This document shows, piece by piece, positions 15,906 through 27,364 of a DNA stretch of 56,270 nt (position 1 is its first letter; every line of letters begins with the position of its first letter). Origin of the DNA: Gemmatimonadota bacterium (GTDB taxonomy: Bacteria; Gemmatimonadota; Gemmatimonadetes; Gemmatimonadales; GWC2-71-9); contig JBDHDE010000013.1 in assembly GCA_039591655.1 (NCBI GenBank), positions 1 to 56,270 of the forward strand, given 5' to 3'. The translations under genes and the position numbers were made by a program. Under the pieces are notes generated by a model, which was not told the origin of the DNA, did not search any database, and worked only from the letters and a program-made list of their open reading frames with translations.

Positions 15906-16193
15906 GGGCGACTCCTGTGAGGGACGCCCCTACGGTGCGGAGCCCCGGTCAAGGGGACGTCAAGCCAAGGGCAGCACCGCGCCGCCTTGGCCCCCGCACC
16001 CCGCCCACCTCGGTTAACCCGGGTAACTATCGCTGGCTATTGTGGATAGACGATCACTGACTCATTTTATCATGATTGTGCAGATTGCCCGCTGCGCCCT
16101 GGTCCGGCCCGTTGGACCCTGCTCGCCATGCCGCGACGGCCTCGAGTCCCGCGATGGGGCTTGCCCCACCGACAGCCCGGTGAGGGGAGCCCA

Positions 16194-19148
16194 ATGACCG
16201 GCCGTCGCCGCTCCGACCCCCACCCCCGGCTGGACGAGAGCCTCGCCCGCCGTCAATCGGCTCTGCTCCGCCTCAGCGCCGAGATCGCCGCCGCCCTCGA
16301 GGAACAGGAGATCTGCGACCACGTGGTCCACGGTCTGCGGGACGAGTCCCTGGGCTACAAGTTCGTCGGGCTCTTCCTGGTGGACGGGGAGACCGGCGAC
16401 CGGGTGATGCGGGCCGCGGTCGGCTGGGACGATGTCGCGCCAGGCTGGCGGGTCCCGGCGGGCGAGGGCCTCAGCGCCCGGGCGCTGCAGGACGGGCGGC
16501 TGCACTACACCCCCGACGTCACCAAGGAGCCGCTCTACATCCCCGGACTGAGCACCGGGTCGGAGGTGGACGTCCCCCTGGTGATCGACGGCGAGCCGGC
16601 GGGCGTGCTGGTGGTGGAGAGCGATGAGCCCGAGGCGTTCGCGCGGGAGGACCTGGACATCCTGACCGCCGCGGCCACCCAGGCCAGCATCGCCATCGCC
16701 CGGGCCCGGCTACTGGAGAGCCAGCGGCAGTTGTTGTCCGCCGAGCGGCGCCGCGCCGACGAGCAGGAGGCCCTGCTCCAGACGATGGCCGACCTCTCGG
16801 CCGAGCTGGAGCTGGCCAAGCTGCTGCAGGCGGTGCTGGGGCGCGCCGTGGGGCTCCTCGGGGTGAGCGGCGGCGAGCTGGCGATCTACCACGAGGCAGC
16901 CCAGCAGCTCGAGATCGTGGCGATCCACTCCACCGGGCAGGTGTCGGTGGGCACCCGCCTCGCGGAGGGCGAGGGGGCCATGGGACACGTGGCCCGAACC
17001 CAGCAGCCCCTGATCATCGAGGACTACGAGGAGTGGGCCGGGCGCTCCGACCGCTACGCTCAGGTGGAAGCCCACGCCGCCGTGGTGCTCCCGCTGGTCG
17101 TGCGGGGGAGGCTGGTCGGCGTCATCAATGTGTGGCACTCGGAGCCCGGCAAGCAGTTCGAGCTCGAGGACCTCCGTATCCTCGAGTTGTTCGCCACACA
17201 GGCGGCCATCGCCATCGACAACGCCCGCCTGTACACTGCCGCGAACCGCCAACGGCAGTACTTCGGGGAGCTGGTGCGCAACAGTCCCGTAGCCATCGTG
17301 ACCCTCGACCCCGAGCACAACGTCGTCTCAATCAACCCGGCGTTCGAGAAGCTGTACGGGTACACCGAGGCCGAGGTGATCGGCCGCAACCTGGACGATC
17401 TCATCACCACGGAGCAGACCCGGGCCGAGGCGGTGGCGTACACACAGCAGGCCTCGGGCGACGCCGTCCACGGCATCGGTCAGCGACGCCGCAAGGACGG
17501 CACTCTCGTGGACGTTGAGGTGCTGGCTGTCCCGGTGATCGTGGACGGCGAGCGAGTGGGGATGATGGGGTTGTACCACGACATCACCGAGCTGCTCAAG
17601 GCGCGCCAGGACGCCGAGGCGGCCAACAGCGCGAAGAGTCAGTTCCTGGCCAACATGAGCCACGAGTTGAGGACACCGCTCAACGCCATCATCGGCTATT
17701 CCGAGATGCTGCAGGAGGATGCCGAGGATGCCGGCCAGCAGGCGTTCGTCCCGGACCTCGGCAAGATCCACTCCGCGGGCAAGCATCTCCTGGCGCTGAT
17801 CAACGACATCCTCGATCTCTCCAAGATCGAGGCCGGGAAGATGGAGCTGTACCTGGAGGACTTCGACGTCGCGCAGGTCGTGGCGGACGTCGCCACCACC
17901 ATCCGACCCCTGGTGGAGCAGAACGCCAACCGCCTGGAGGTTCGCTGCCCGCCCGATCTCGGCGGCATGCACTCGGACCTCACGCGCACCCGCCAGGTGC
18001 TGCTGAACCTCCTCTCCAACGCCTGCAAGTTCACCGCGGACGGGACGGTAACCCTCGAAGCGGCCAGGGAAAGCGGTGGGCGAGACGGTGACGTGGTCAT
18101 GCTCCGCGTCGCCGACACAGGCATCGGGATGACACCCGCGCAGCTCGACGGGGTGTTCGAGGCGTTCGCCCAGGCCGACATCACGACGGCCAGCAAGTAC
18201 GGCGGCACCGGGCTGGGGCTCGCCATCAGTCGGAAGTTCTGCCAGATGATGGGGGGCGACATCACGGTGGAAAGCGAACCCGGCCGGGGATCCGCCTTCA
18301 CCGTCACGCTGCCCGCGCGAGCCCCCGGATATGGGGCTGGGGCCGCGCAGGCCATCGAAGACGCGACACCTGGGGCCGACGGCGGAGACGGTCGCGCCGG
18401 CACGGTGTTGGTCATCGACGACGATCCCGCCGTCCGCACCCTCATGGGACGGTTCCTGGCCAAGGAGGGCTTCCGGGTCCACCTGGCCGCCGGGGGCGAA
18501 GCGGGGCTCCAGACCGCCCGTCGGGAGCGGCCGGATGTCATCACGCTGGACGTCATGATGCCGGGCATGGACGGCTGGGCGGTGCTGACGGCCCTCAAGG
18601 CGGACCCCGAGGTGGCCGACATCCCCGTCGTCATGCTCAGCATCGTCGACGACAAGAACATGGGGTTCGCCCTGGGCGCCTCCGAGTACATGACCAAGCC
18701 CATCGATCGTGACAGGCTCAAGGCCATCCTGATGAAGTACGGTGCCGATGGGCAACGGGGACCGGTCCTCGTCGTGGAAGACGACGACGACGCGCGCTCC
18801 GTCCTGCGGCGCGCCCTGGAAAGGGAGGGCTGGGGCGTCGTGGAGGCGCAGAACGGCCGGGTCGCGCTGGAGCGCCTGGACCGGGCGCTACCGGGACTCG
18901 TGTTGCTCGATCTCATGATGCCGGAGATGGACGGCTTCGAGTTCCTTGAGGCATTCCGCCAGCGCGAAGGGTGCGAGGTGATCCCGGTCGTCGTGATCAC
19001 CGGCAAGGAGCTTTCGGATGACGAGCGGGGCCGCCTGAACGGCGGCGTGGAGCGGATCGTCCAGAAGGGTGCCTACGGCCGGGATGAGTTGCTGGCCCAG
19101 GTGCGCGAGTTGGTGGCGGATCACGCCGCTCAGAGGCGCACGGGGTAG
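16194..19148 (+). CDS. Hybrid histidine kinase HK1: GAF-GAF-PAS-HisKA-HATPase-REC-REC
   Basis: ATG 16194 with GGGGAG RBS; H-box [37 protein letters not shown]; two REC domains (LDVMMP, LDLMMP); no TM. Confidence 0.93.
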   Translation: MTGRRRSDPHPRLDESLARRQSALLRLSAEIAAALEEQEICDHVVHGLRDESLGYKFVGLFLVDGETGDRVMRAAVGWDDVAPGWRVPAGEGLSARALQDGRLHYTPDVTKEPLYIPGLSTGSEVDVPLVIDGEPAGVLVVESDEPEAFAREDLDILTAAATQASIAIARARLLESQRQLLSAERRRADEQEALLQTMADLSAELELAKLLQAVLGRAVGLLGVSGGELAIYHEAAQQLEIVAIHSTGQVSVGTRLAEGEGAMGHVARTQQPLIIEDYEEWAGRSDRYAQVEAHAAVVLPLVVRGRLVGVINVWHSEPGKQFELEDLRILELFATQAAIAIDNARLYTAANRQRQYFGELVRNSPVAIVTLDPEHNVVSINPAFEKLYGYTEAEVIGRNLDDLITTEQTRAEAVAYTQQASGDAVHGIGQRRRKDGTLVDVEVLAVPVIVDGERVGMMGLYHDITELLKARQDAEAANSAKSQFLANMSHELRTPLNAIIGYSEMLQEDAEDAGQQAFVPDLGKIHSAGKHLLALINDILDLSKIEAGKMELYLEDFDVAQVVADVATTIRPLVEQNANRLEVRCPPDLGGMHSDLTRTRQVLLNLLSNACKFTADGTVTLEAARESGGRDGDVVMLRVADTGIGMTPAQLDGVFEAFAQADITTASKYGGTGLGLAISRKFCQMMGGDITVESEPGRGSAFTVTLPARAPGYGAGAAQAIEDATPGADGGDGRAGTVLVIDDDPAVRTLMGRFLAKEGFRVHLAAGGEAGLQTARRERPDVITLDVMMPGMDGWAVLTALKADPEVADIPVVMLSIVDDKNMGFALGASEYMTKPIDRDRLKAILMKYGADGQRGPVLVVEDDDDARSVLRRALEREGWGVVEAQNGRVALERLDRALPGLVLLDLMMPEMDGFEFLEAFRQREGCEVIPVVVITGKELSDDERGRLNGGVERIVQKGAYGRDELLAQVRELVADHAAQRRTG

Positions 19149-19152
19149 CGCC

Positions 19153-21807
19153 ATGGAGCCGAGCCTCGCCCGCCAGCAATCGGCACCGGAGTCGCGGCGT
19201 GAGCCCGGTGCGGCCATTCAGGCCCGGCGGCAAGCCGCACTGCTCAGGCTGTCCACGTCGATCGCGGCCGCAGACACCGAGGCCGACATCTGCCGCGCCG
19301 TAGCCGGCGGTCTCCGCGACGAGGCACTGGGGTACGACTACGTAGCCCTACTGCTCGTGGACGAGGCCACCGGCGACCGCGTCCTCATCGCAAGCGCCGG
19401 CTCGAACGAGACCGCCGCCGGACTACGCGTCCGTCCCGGGCAAGGGCTCAGCGAGCGACCCCTGTTGGACGGGGAGCTGCACTACACACCCCAGGTCACC
19501 CAGGACACGCGCTATCTGCCTACGCGAAACGAAGGGTCGGAGGTCGACGTGCCGCTGCTGGTCAATCGGGAGCTGGTGGGCGTCCTCGTCGTCGAGAGCA
19601 ACCGCCCCCACGCCTTCGGCCCCGAGGACTTCGAGATCCTCACCGCCGCCGCCAACCAGGCGGGCATCGCCATCGGCCGCGCCCGCCTCCTCGCTGCCGC
19701 GCGACGCCGCGCCGACGAAGAAGAGGCGTTGCGTGCCACCATGGCGGATCTCTCCGGCCAGCTGGAGCTGTCCAGCCTGCTCCAGGCCGTCCTGGACCGG
19801 GCTGTGACCCTGCTCGGGGTCAGTCACGGCGAGCTGGCCATCTACGACCCGGCCACCAAGGAGCTGGAGGTGGTCGCCAGCCACAACGTGGGGAAGAAGG
19901 ACACCACGGGCACCCGCATGCGGCTGGGAGAGGGCGCCATGGGGCACGTGGCTGAGAGCCGGGAGCCGCTCATCATCCCGGCCTACCAGGAGTGGTCCGG
20001 ACGCTCCGCACAGTATGCGCAGGTGGAGTTTCACGGCGTCATGGTGGCACCGCTCCTCATGGGTGGCCAGTTGGTCGGCGCCATCGCCGTGATGGACAAG
20101 GACCCCGCGCGGCAGTTCGGGTCCAACGACCTGCGCCTCCTGAACCTGTTCGCCCCACAAGCGGCGATCGCCATCGAGAACGCGCGGCTGTTCACCGCCG
20201 AGCGCCAGCGGGGGGAGGAGCTGACCGCCCTGCTGGACACGATGCAGGACCTGTCTGGAGAGCTCGAGCTATCGAAGCTCCTGCACGGCGTGCTGCAGCG
20301 CGCGGTCACCCTGCTCGACGTCACGGGTGGCGAGTTGGCGACCTACGATGAGGTCACACGGGACTTGGTGATCGTGGCGAGCCACAACATGGGCACCGAT
20401 GCCGTGGGCACACGGATGGAGCTGGGGGAAGGCGCCATGGGTCACGTGGCTCAGACCCACGAGCCACTGATCATCCCCCACTACCAGGAGTGGGCGGGCC
20501 GCTCGGCCAAGTACACGCAGAGCACCGTCCAGTCGGTCATGGCTGCACCGCTACTGATCGGCAACAGGTTGGTGGGAGCCATCGCCAGCGTCCACTCCGA
20601 CCCCGGGCGCCACCTGGAGGAGGCGGACCTGCGACGCCTGACGATGTTCGCCCCTCAGGCCGCCATCGCCATCGAGAACGCCCGGCTGTTCACGGCCGCG
20701 CAGCAGCAGAAGCAATACTTCGAGGAACTAGTGCTCAACAGCCCCGTGGCAATCGTCACGCTGGACGTCGCCCACCATGTCGTGTCCTGCAACCCGGCCT
20801 TCGAGAAGCTGTACGGGTACACCCGGCAGGAGGTGGTGGGCCGCGATCTCGACGACCTGATTACCACCGAGGCGACCCGTTCGGAGGCCGTGGCCTACAC
20901 CGAGCAAGCCCTCCACAGCCGACCGGTGAAGGTGATCAGCCAGCGCCGCCGCAAGAACGGGAGCCTCGTAGACGTAGAGGTGTTGGGCGTACCAGTCGTG
21001 GTAGACGGCAAGCGCGCGGGCCTGATGGCCCTGTACCACGACATAACGGAGCTGTTGGAGGCACGCCGCCAGGCGGAGACGGCGAACAGCGCGAAGAGTG
21101 TGTTCCTCGCGAGCATGAGCCACGAGCTTCGGACGCCGCTGAACGCCATCATCGGCTACAGCGAGCTGCTGCACGAGGAGGCGGAGGATAGCGGCCAATC
21201 GGACCTCGCCCCCGACATCGCGAAGATCCAGGCCGCCGGCAAGCATCTCCTGTCGCTGATCAACGACGTTCTCGATCTGTCGAAGATCGAGGCCGGCAAG
21301 ATGGACCTGCACGTCGAGGCGTTCGAGCTGAAGGGCACGATCGACGACGTCGCGACCACGGTGCGGCCGCTCGTGGAGCAGAAGGACAACGTGCTGGAGG
21401 TAAGGTGCCGCGACGATCTCGGCACCGTGACCTCTGACGCCATCCGGATCCGCCAGGTGCTGCTCAACCTCCTCGGCAACGCGAGCAAGTTCACCCAGCA
21501 AGGAAGCGTTACCCTCGAGGCGAACCGCGAGCCGCCCGATCGGCCCGGCGCGCCCGACTCTATCGTGCTCCGCGTGAGCGACAGCGGGATCGGCATGACG
21601 CCCGAGCAGGTGGACAAGTTGTTCGAGGCGTTCGCGCAGGCTGAGGCCTCCACGGCGAGCCAGTACGGCGGAACGGGCCTCGGGCTCGCGATCTCCCGGC
21701 GCCTGTGCCGGATGATGGGAGGAAACATCACGGTAGAGAGCGAAATGGGCAAGGGCTCGACATTCACGGTCCGCCTCCCGGCGGTAGTGACACAGGTCGG
21801 AGAGTGA
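19153..21807 (+). CDS. Histidine kinase HK2: GAFx3-PAS-HisKA-HATPase
   Basis: H-box [14 protein letters not shown]; three GAF units ending AIAI(G/E)xARL; no REC, no TM. Confidence 0.92.
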   Translation: MEPSLARQQSAPESRREPGAAIQARRQAALLRLSTSIAAADTEADICRAVAGGLRDEALGYDYVALLLVDEATGDRVLIASAGSNETAAGLRVRPGQGLSERPLLDGELHYTPQVTQDTRYLPTRNEGSEVDVPLLVNRELVGVLVVESNRPHAFGPEDFEILTAAANQAGIAIGRARLLAAARRRADEEEALRATMADLSGQLELSSLLQAVLDRAVTLLGVSHGELAIYDPATKELEVVASHNVGKKDTTGTRMRLGEGAMGHVAESREPLIIPAYQEWSGRSAQYAQVEFHGVMVAPLLMGGQLVGAIAVMDKDPARQFGSNDLRLLNLFAPQAAIAIENARLFTAERQRGEELTALLDTMQDLSGELELSKLLHGVLQRAVTLLDVTGGELATYDEVTRDLVIVASHNMGTDAVGTRMELGEGAMGHVAQTHEPLIIPHYQEWAGRSAKYTQSTVQSVMAAPLLIGNRLVGAIASVHSDPGRHLEEADLRRLTMFAPQAAIAIENARLFTAAQQQKQYFEELVLNSPVAIVTLDVAHHVVSCNPAFEKLYGYTRQEVVGRDLDDLITTEATRSEAVAYTEQALHSRPVKVISQRRRKNGSLVDVEVLGVPVVVDGKRAGLMALYHDITELLEARRQAETANSAKSVFLASMSHELRTPLNAIIGYSELLHEEAEDSGQSDLAPDIAKIQAAGKHLLSLINDVLDLSKIEAGKMDLHVEAFELKGTIDDVATTVRPLVEQKDNVLEVRCRDDLGTVTSDAIRIRQVLLNLLGNASKFTQQGSVTLEANREPPDRPGAPDSIVLRVSDSGIGMTPEQVDKLFEAFAQAEASTASQYGGTGLGLAISRRLCRMMGGNITVESEMGKGSTFTVRLPAVVTQVGE

Positions 21808-24800
21808 CCGTGCCGAGACGTGAGGTTGAGGCGGCGACGCCCAGACGCGACCAGCGAGACTCCGTCCGCACGCTTCCGGAAGACGTGAGGCCGGCCCAGA
21901 TGCGGGCGGCGCTGCTGAACCTGAGCACGCAGATCGCCCAGGCGCAGGACGAGGGCGGCGTCTGCCGCAGCGTCGTCGACGCGCTACACCACGAGGCGTT
22001 CGGCTTCGACGGCGTAGGGCTGTTTCTCGCCGGGTCCGCCTCCTTCGAGCCGGCACTCAAGGCGAGCGCCGGCGCATTCGGCGCCGGCGGAGAGTCCGTT
22101 TCCGAACTCAAAGTCCCGCTGCGGATCGATCACTCCGCCATCGGCGAGCTGGTCGTCCAACGCGGGCGCAGCCGCGCGTTCGACAAGGGGGACCTGGAGA
22201 TCCTGGGGGCCGCTGCCAACCAAGCGAGCATCGCCATCGGCCGCGCGCGGCTCCTGGCGGCGGAGCGGGCCCGCACCGGCGAGCAGCGCGCGCTCCTGGA
22301 GACCCTCGCCGACCTCTCCGGCGAGCTGGAGCTGGACAGGCTGCTACAGGCCGTCCTGGAGCGGGCCGTCTCGCTGCTCGGCGTGACCGGCGGTGAGCTG
22401 GCCGTGTTCGATGAGGCGGCCAGGGAGCTCGTGGTGGTAGCCAGCCACAACCTCGGCAAGGACTCCACGGGGGCGCGCATGGCTCTGGGCGAGGGCGCCA
22501 TGGGTCAAGTCGCCCAGACGCACGAGCCCCTGATCATCCCCAACTACCAGGAGTGGGAGGGCCGCTCACCCCAGTACACCGACGACACCGTACAGGCCGT
22601 CATGGTGGCGCCGCTGCTCATCGGCAACCGGCTGGTGGGTGCCATCGCCAGCGTCCACTCGGATCCCAGCAGGAAGTTCGGCGAAGCCGAACTCCGCCTC
22701 CTGAACCTGTTCGCGGCTCAGGCGGCCATCGCCATCGAGAACGCCCGGCTATACACCGCCGAGCTGGGGCGGGCGAGCGAGCAGCAGGCGCTGCTGGACA
22801 CGATGACGGACCTCTCAGGAGAGCTGGAGCTGTCCAACCTGCTGCAGGCCGTCCTGGAGCGGGCCATTAGCCTGCTGGACGTCACCGGCGGAGAGCTGGC
22901 CATCTACGACCGGGCGAGCGAGGAGCTGGTCATGGTGGCCAGCCACAACATGGAATCCGATGCCGTCGGCAAGCGCATGGCACTGGGTGAGGGTGCCATG
23001 GGCCACGTGGCGCGGACCCACGATCCCCTGATCATCCCGCGGTACCAGGAGTGGGAGGGACGGTCCTCCAAGTACACCCAGAGCAGCGTGCAGTCGGTCA
23101 TGGCGGCGCCACTGCTCATCGGCACGCGGCTCGTGGGAGCCATCGCGAGCATCCACTCCGACCCCGAGCGGGAGTTCGGAGACGCCGATCTGCGGCGGCT
23201 CACCATGTTCGCCCCCCAAGCCGCCATTGCCATCGAGAATGCGCGTCTGTTCGACGCGGAGCGCCGACGGGCTGAAGAGCAACAGGCGTTGCTCGACACG
23301 ATGAAGGACCTGGCCGGGGAGCTGGAGCTCTCGAAGGTCCTCCAAGGGGTGCTGGAGCGCGCCGTCGCGCTACTCGACATCACCGGGGGCGAGCTGGCGA
23401 CGTACGACGAATCCCGCAACGATCTCGTCATCGTGGCCAGCCACGGCATGGGCTGGGACGCCGTGGGGAACCGCATGGAGCTGGGCGAGGGAGCCATGGG
23501 TCGGGTGGCGCAGACCCACGAGCCTCTCACCATACCCCGCTACCAGGAGTGGGAGGGGCGCTCCTCGACGTATGCCCAGAGCACCGTGCAGACTGTCATG
23601 GTGGCGCCGTTGCTCATCGGCACGCGCCTGGTGGGAGCCATCGCCGCGGTGCACTCCGACCCGGCGCGCGCGTTCGGCCCTGAAGACATGCGGCTGCTCC
23701 AGCTGTTCGCGCCCCAAGGGGCGATCGCCATAGAGAACGCTCGCCTCTACTCCTCGGCGCAGGGGTACTTCCACGATCTCGTCCTCAACAACCCCGTGGC
23801 CATCGTCAACCTGGACCTGGACCTCAACATCACGTCCTGCAATCCGGCGTTCGAGAAGCTGTTCGGCTATGGCGAGGAGGAGGTCATCGGCCTCAATCTC
23901 GACCGGCTGGTCACGACCGAAGAGACGCTGGCTGAAGCCCAGGCCTACTCCGAGCAGATGACGGCCGGACGGATGGCGGCGGGCATCGGGCGGCGGCGGC
24001 GCAAGGACGGCTCGCTGGTGGACGTCGAGATCTTCTCGATCCCCGTCATGGTGGGCGGCGAGCGGGTCGGCATGATGGCGCTGTACCACGACATCAGCGA
24101 GCTGCTGCAGGCCCGGCGGGCCGCCGAGGAGGCGAGCCAGACCAAGAGCCGGTTCCTGGCGCACACGAGCCACGAGCTGCGCACGCCGCTGAACGCCATT
24201 ATCGGATACAGCGAGATGCTCCTGGAGGAGGTGGAGGACAACGGCGACGGAACGTACTCCCCCGATCTCCAGAAGATCCGTCAGGCCGGCAAGCACCTCT
24301 TGTCCTTGATCAACGAGATCCTCGACCTGTCGAAGATCGAAGCCGGGAAGATGGAGCTGTACGTGGAGACGGTCGGCGTCCGGGCCGCGGTGGAGGACGT
24401 CGCGACGACGGTCCGTCCCCTCGTGGAGAAGAACGCCAACGAGCTCCGTCTGGAGTGCGACACGGAGCTCGGCTCGATGCAGTCCGACGCGACCCGCCTC
24501 CGCCAGGTCCTGCTGAACCTCGTCTCCAATGCGAGCAAGTTCACTTCCGAGGGGACCATCACACTGGAGGCTGTCCGGGAGGCGAACGGCGGCGCCGGCG
24601 ACTGGCTCGTCTTCCGAGTCAGCGACACGGGGATCGGAATGACGACCGAGCAGCAGGCGAAGCTGTTCGAGCCCTTCTCACAGGCCGAGGCCGCGACCAG
24701 CACCAAGTACGGCGGCACCGGGCTGGGGCTGGCGATCTCGCGTCGCCTCTGCCAGATGATGGGAGGAGACATCACGGTCGACAGCGAGATGGGGAGAGGG

Positions 24801-24839
24801 TCCACATTCACCGTGCGCCTTCCGGCGGCAGCTCCGTGA
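21804..24839 (+). CDS. Histidine kinase HK3: GAFx4-PAS-HisKA-HATPase (first GAF shortened)
   Basis: GTGA overlap with HK2; H-box [14 protein letters not shown]; three near-identical internal GAF repeats. Confidence 0.92.
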   Translation: MTVPRREVEAATPRRDQRDSVRTLPEDVRPAQMRAALLNLSTQIAQAQDEGGVCRSVVDALHHEAFGFDGVGLFLAGSASFEPALKASAGAFGAGGESVSELKVPLRIDHSAIGELVVQRGRSRAFDKGDLEILGAAANQASIAIGRARLLAAERARTGEQRALLETLADLSGELELDRLLQAVLERAVSLLGVTGGELAVFDEAARELVVVASHNLGKDSTGARMALGEGAMGQVAQTHEPLIIPNYQEWEGRSPQYTDDTVQAVMVAPLLIGNRLVGAIASVHSDPSRKFGEAELRLLNLFAAQAAIAIENARLYTAELGRASEQQALLDTMTDLSGELELSNLLQAVLERAISLLDVTGGELAIYDRASEELVMVASHNMESDAVGKRMALGEGAMGHVARTHDPLIIPRYQEWEGRSSKYTQSSVQSVMAAPLLIGTRLVGAIASIHSDPEREFGDADLRRLTMFAPQAAIAIENARLFDAERRRAEEQQALLDTMKDLAGELELSKVLQGVLERAVALLDITGGELATYDESRNDLVIVASHGMGWDAVGNRMELGEGAMGRVAQTHEPLTIPRYQEWEGRSSTYAQSTVQTVMVAPLLIGTRLVGAIAAVHSDPARAFGPEDMRLLQLFAPQGAIAIENARLYSSAQGYFHDLVLNNPVAIVNLDLDLNITSCNPAFEKLFGYGEEEVIGLNLDRLVTTEETLAEAQAYSEQMTAGRMAAGIGRRRRKDGSLVDVEIFSIPVMVGGERVGMMALYHDISELLQARRAAEEASQTKSRFLAHTSHELRTPLNAIIGYSEMLLEEVEDNGDGTYSPDLQKIRQAGKHLLSLINEILDLSKIEAGKMELYVETVGVRAAVEDVATTVRPLVEKNANELRLECDTELGSMQSDATRLRQVLLNLVSNASKFTSEGTITLEAVREANGGAGDWLVFRVSDTGIGMTTEQQAKLFEPFSQAEAATSTKYGGTGLGLAISRRLCQMMGGDITVDSEMGRGSTFTVRLPAAAP

Positions 24840-26974
24840 CCAAGCGACAACCTCCGACGCGGACCCGGGCCAAGTCCAAGAAGAACAACCTGGCCCGGCG
24901 GCAGGCGGCTCTGCTGCGCCTCAGCACCGAGATCGCAGCCGCGCACGATGAAGTGGAGATCTACCGGTCGGTCGTGAGAGGGCTGCACGATGAGGCGCTG
25001 GGATACAACTTCCTCGGCGTCTTCCTGCTGGACCCTGATAGCGGCGATCGCGTCCTCCAGACCAGCGTGGGCTGGACCGACGTGCCCGAGGACTGGCACG
25101 TGCACCGGGGCGAGGGCCTCAGCGAGCAGGCCGTGCTCGACGGCAAGCTGCACTACACGCCGGACGTGACCCGGGCAGCCCGCTACCTCCCCAGCCTCAA
25201 CTCCGGCTCCGAGGTGGACGTGCCGCTGCGCGTGGACGGCCGGACCATCGGCGTTCTGGTGGTGGAGAGCGCCGAGCCGAACGCGTTCGGGGAAGAGGAC
25301 TTCGAGATCCTCACCGCGGCGGCCAACCAGGCGGGAATAGCCATCGGACGCGCCCGGCTCCTGGCAGAGGAGCGCCAGCGGGCCGACGAGCACAAGGCGC
25401 TGCTCGACACGATGGCCGACTTGTCGGCCGAGCTCGAGCTGTCCCGGGTACTCCAGGCGGTGCTGGAGCGGGCGGTGAGCCTCCTGGGCGTCACCGGCGG
25501 CGAGGTGGCAATCTGGCAGGAGGAGCAACAGGAGTTGGTGGTCGTCGCCAGCGAGAACATCGGCAGGGACTCCACGGGCACGCACATCAAGCTGGGCGAG
25601 GGCGCCATGGGCACGGTGGCCCGCACACACGAGCCCCTCATAATCCCGTCCTACTACGAGTGGTTGGGCCGCTCCGTGCAGTACGCCGACCTCACGGTCC
25701 ACTCAGTGATGGCGGCGCCCCTGCTCATCGGGCGGCGGCTCGTGGGGGCCATCGCCACCATCCACGCCGATCCGGCGCGGGTGTTCAACCGGGAGGACCT
25801 CCGGCTCCTCAATCTGTTCGCGCCCCAGGCGGCGATCGCGATCGAGAACGCCGGGCTCTACACCGAGGCCCAGCGCCAGAAGCACTACTTCGAGGAGCTG
25901 GTGCAGAACAGCCCGGTGGCCATCGTTACGCTCGACCGGGACCACCGCATCGTCTCGTGCAACCCGGCGTTCCAGAAGCTGTTCGGCTACTCGAAGAGCG
26001 AGGCGGTCGGACGCCTGCTCGACGACCTGATCACCACGGAGGCGACGCGCTCCGAAGCGCAGGCGTACACGCGCGAGGCGCTGGATCATGCGGTCCACGG
26101 CATCGGACGGCGGCAGCGCAAGGACGGCACGCTGGTGGACGTGGAGGTACTGGGCGTGCCGGTGATGGTGGACGGCGAGCGGGTCGGCCTCATGGGCATC
26201 TACCACGACATTTCCGAGCTGCTGCGCGCCCGCCAGGCCGCCGAGGCGGCCAACAGCGCCAAGAGCCAGTTTCTCGCCAGCATGAGCCACGAGCTCAGGA
26301 CGCCCCTCAACGCCATCATCGGCTACAGCGAGATGCTCCAGGAGGAGGTCGAGGACCTCGGCCACGGGGAGCTCGGCGGCGACCTCCAGAAGATCCACAC
26401 GGCCGGGCGCCACCTGTTGTCGCTCATCAACAACGTCCTCGATCTCTCGAAGATCGAGGCGGGCAAGATGGAGCTCCACCTCGAGACCTTCGACATCAAT
26501 GAGATGCTCGACGACGTCGTCACGACCGTTCGCCCGCTGGTGGACAAGAATGCCAACCGGCTGGAGGTCCGACGCGCCGATCAGCTGGGCAGCATGCGCG
26601 CCGACCTCACCAAGATCCGCCAGATGCTGCTCAACCTCCTGTCGAACTCCTGCAAGTTCACAGAAGGGGGTGTCATCACGCTCGAGGCCGGGCGCGAGAA
26701 CGGCGACTCAATTGGCTTCAGCGTCACGGACACCGGGATCGGCATGACGCCCGAGCAGATGGACAAGCTGTTCGAGGCGTTCTCGCAGGCCGAAGCGTCC
26801 ACCACCAGCAAGTACGGGGGGACGGGGCTCGGCTTGGCCATCACCCGCCGGTTCTGCCACATGATGGGGGGCGACGTCCAGGTCGAGAGTAGCCCGGGGA
26901 AGGGATCGACGTTTACCATTCGTCTGCCGGCGGCAGTGGAAGCCCGGGCCGCGACGGGCGCGTCCGCCGGATAG
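24836..26974 (+). CDS. Histidine kinase HK4: GAFx2-PAS-HisKA-HATPase
   Basis: GTGA overlap with HK3; H-box [14 protein letters not shown]; intact N, G1 and G2 boxes. Confidence 0.92.
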   Translation: MTKRQPPTRTRAKSKKNNLARRQAALLRLSTEIAAAHDEVEIYRSVVRGLHDEALGYNFLGVFLLDPDSGDRVLQTSVGWTDVPEDWHVHRGEGLSEQAVLDGKLHYTPDVTRAARYLPSLNSGSEVDVPLRVDGRTIGVLVVESAEPNAFGEEDFEILTAAANQAGIAIGRARLLAEERQRADEHKALLDTMADLSAELELSRVLQAVLERAVSLLGVTGGEVAIWQEEQQELVVVASENIGRDSTGTHIKLGEGAMGTVARTHEPLIIPSYYEWLGRSVQYADLTVHSVMAAPLLIGRRLVGAIATIHADPARVFNREDLRLLNLFAPQAAIAIENAGLYTEAQRQKHYFEELVQNSPVAIVTLDRDHRIVSCNPAFQKLFGYSKSEAVGRLLDDLITTEATRSEAQAYTREALDHAVHGIGRRQRKDGTLVDVEVLGVPVMVDGERVGLMGIYHDISELLRARQAAEAANSAKSQFLASMSHELRTPLNAIIGYSEMLQEEVEDLGHGELGGDLQKIHTAGRHLLSLINNVLDLSKIEAGKMELHLETFDINEMLDDVVTTVRPLVDKNANRLEVRRADQLGSMRADLTKIRQMLLNLLSNSCKFTEGGVITLEAGRENGDSIGFSVTDTGIGMTPEQMDKLFEAFSQAEASTTSKYGGTGLGLAITRRFCHMMGGDVQVESSPGKGSTFTIRLPAAVEARAATGASAG

Positions 26975-26992
26975 GTTCCCGAAGGAGGAGCG

Positions 26993-27364
26993 ATGGCGAA
27001 GATCCTCTTGGTCGAGGACAACGAGATGAACCGCGACATGCTGTCGCGCAGGCTGGAGCGCAAGGGCTTCGAGGTGGCCATGGCCGTGGATGGGCGCCAG
27101 GGCGTCGAGATGGCGCAGAGCGGTCAGTACGATCTCATCCTGATGGATATGAGCCTGCCCGAGATCGACGGCTGGGAGGCGACGCGGCAGCTCCGGGCGG
27201 CGCCGGACACCAAGGTCACCCCCATCATCGCCCTCACCGCGCACGCGATGGCGGGCGATCGGGAGAAGGCCCTCGAGGCGGGGTGCGACGACTACGACAC
27301 GAAACCCATCGAGCTCCCACGCCTGCTGTCTAAGATCGAAGCGTTGCTGGGGAAGGCCGGGTGA
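26993..27364 (+). CDS. DivK-like single-domain response regulator
   Basis: ILLVEDNEMNRDML..LMDMSLPEIDGWEA..IIALTAHAMAGDREKALEAGCDDYDTKP; strong AAGGAGG RBS. Confidence 0.92.
   Translation: MAKILLVEDNEMNRDMLSRRLERKGFEVAMAVDGRQGVEMAQSGQYDLILMDMSLPEIDGWEATRQLRAAPDTKVTPIIALTAHAMAGDREKALEAGCDDYDTKPIELPRLLSKIEALLGKAG

Noticed and set aside
16194..26974. Light-sensing LOV or phytochrome/cyanobacteriochrome kinases
   Set aside because: The PAS domains read GRNLDDLI or similar, not GRNCRFLQ. The GAFs lack the bilin-binding DIP/DxCF and CH motifs.
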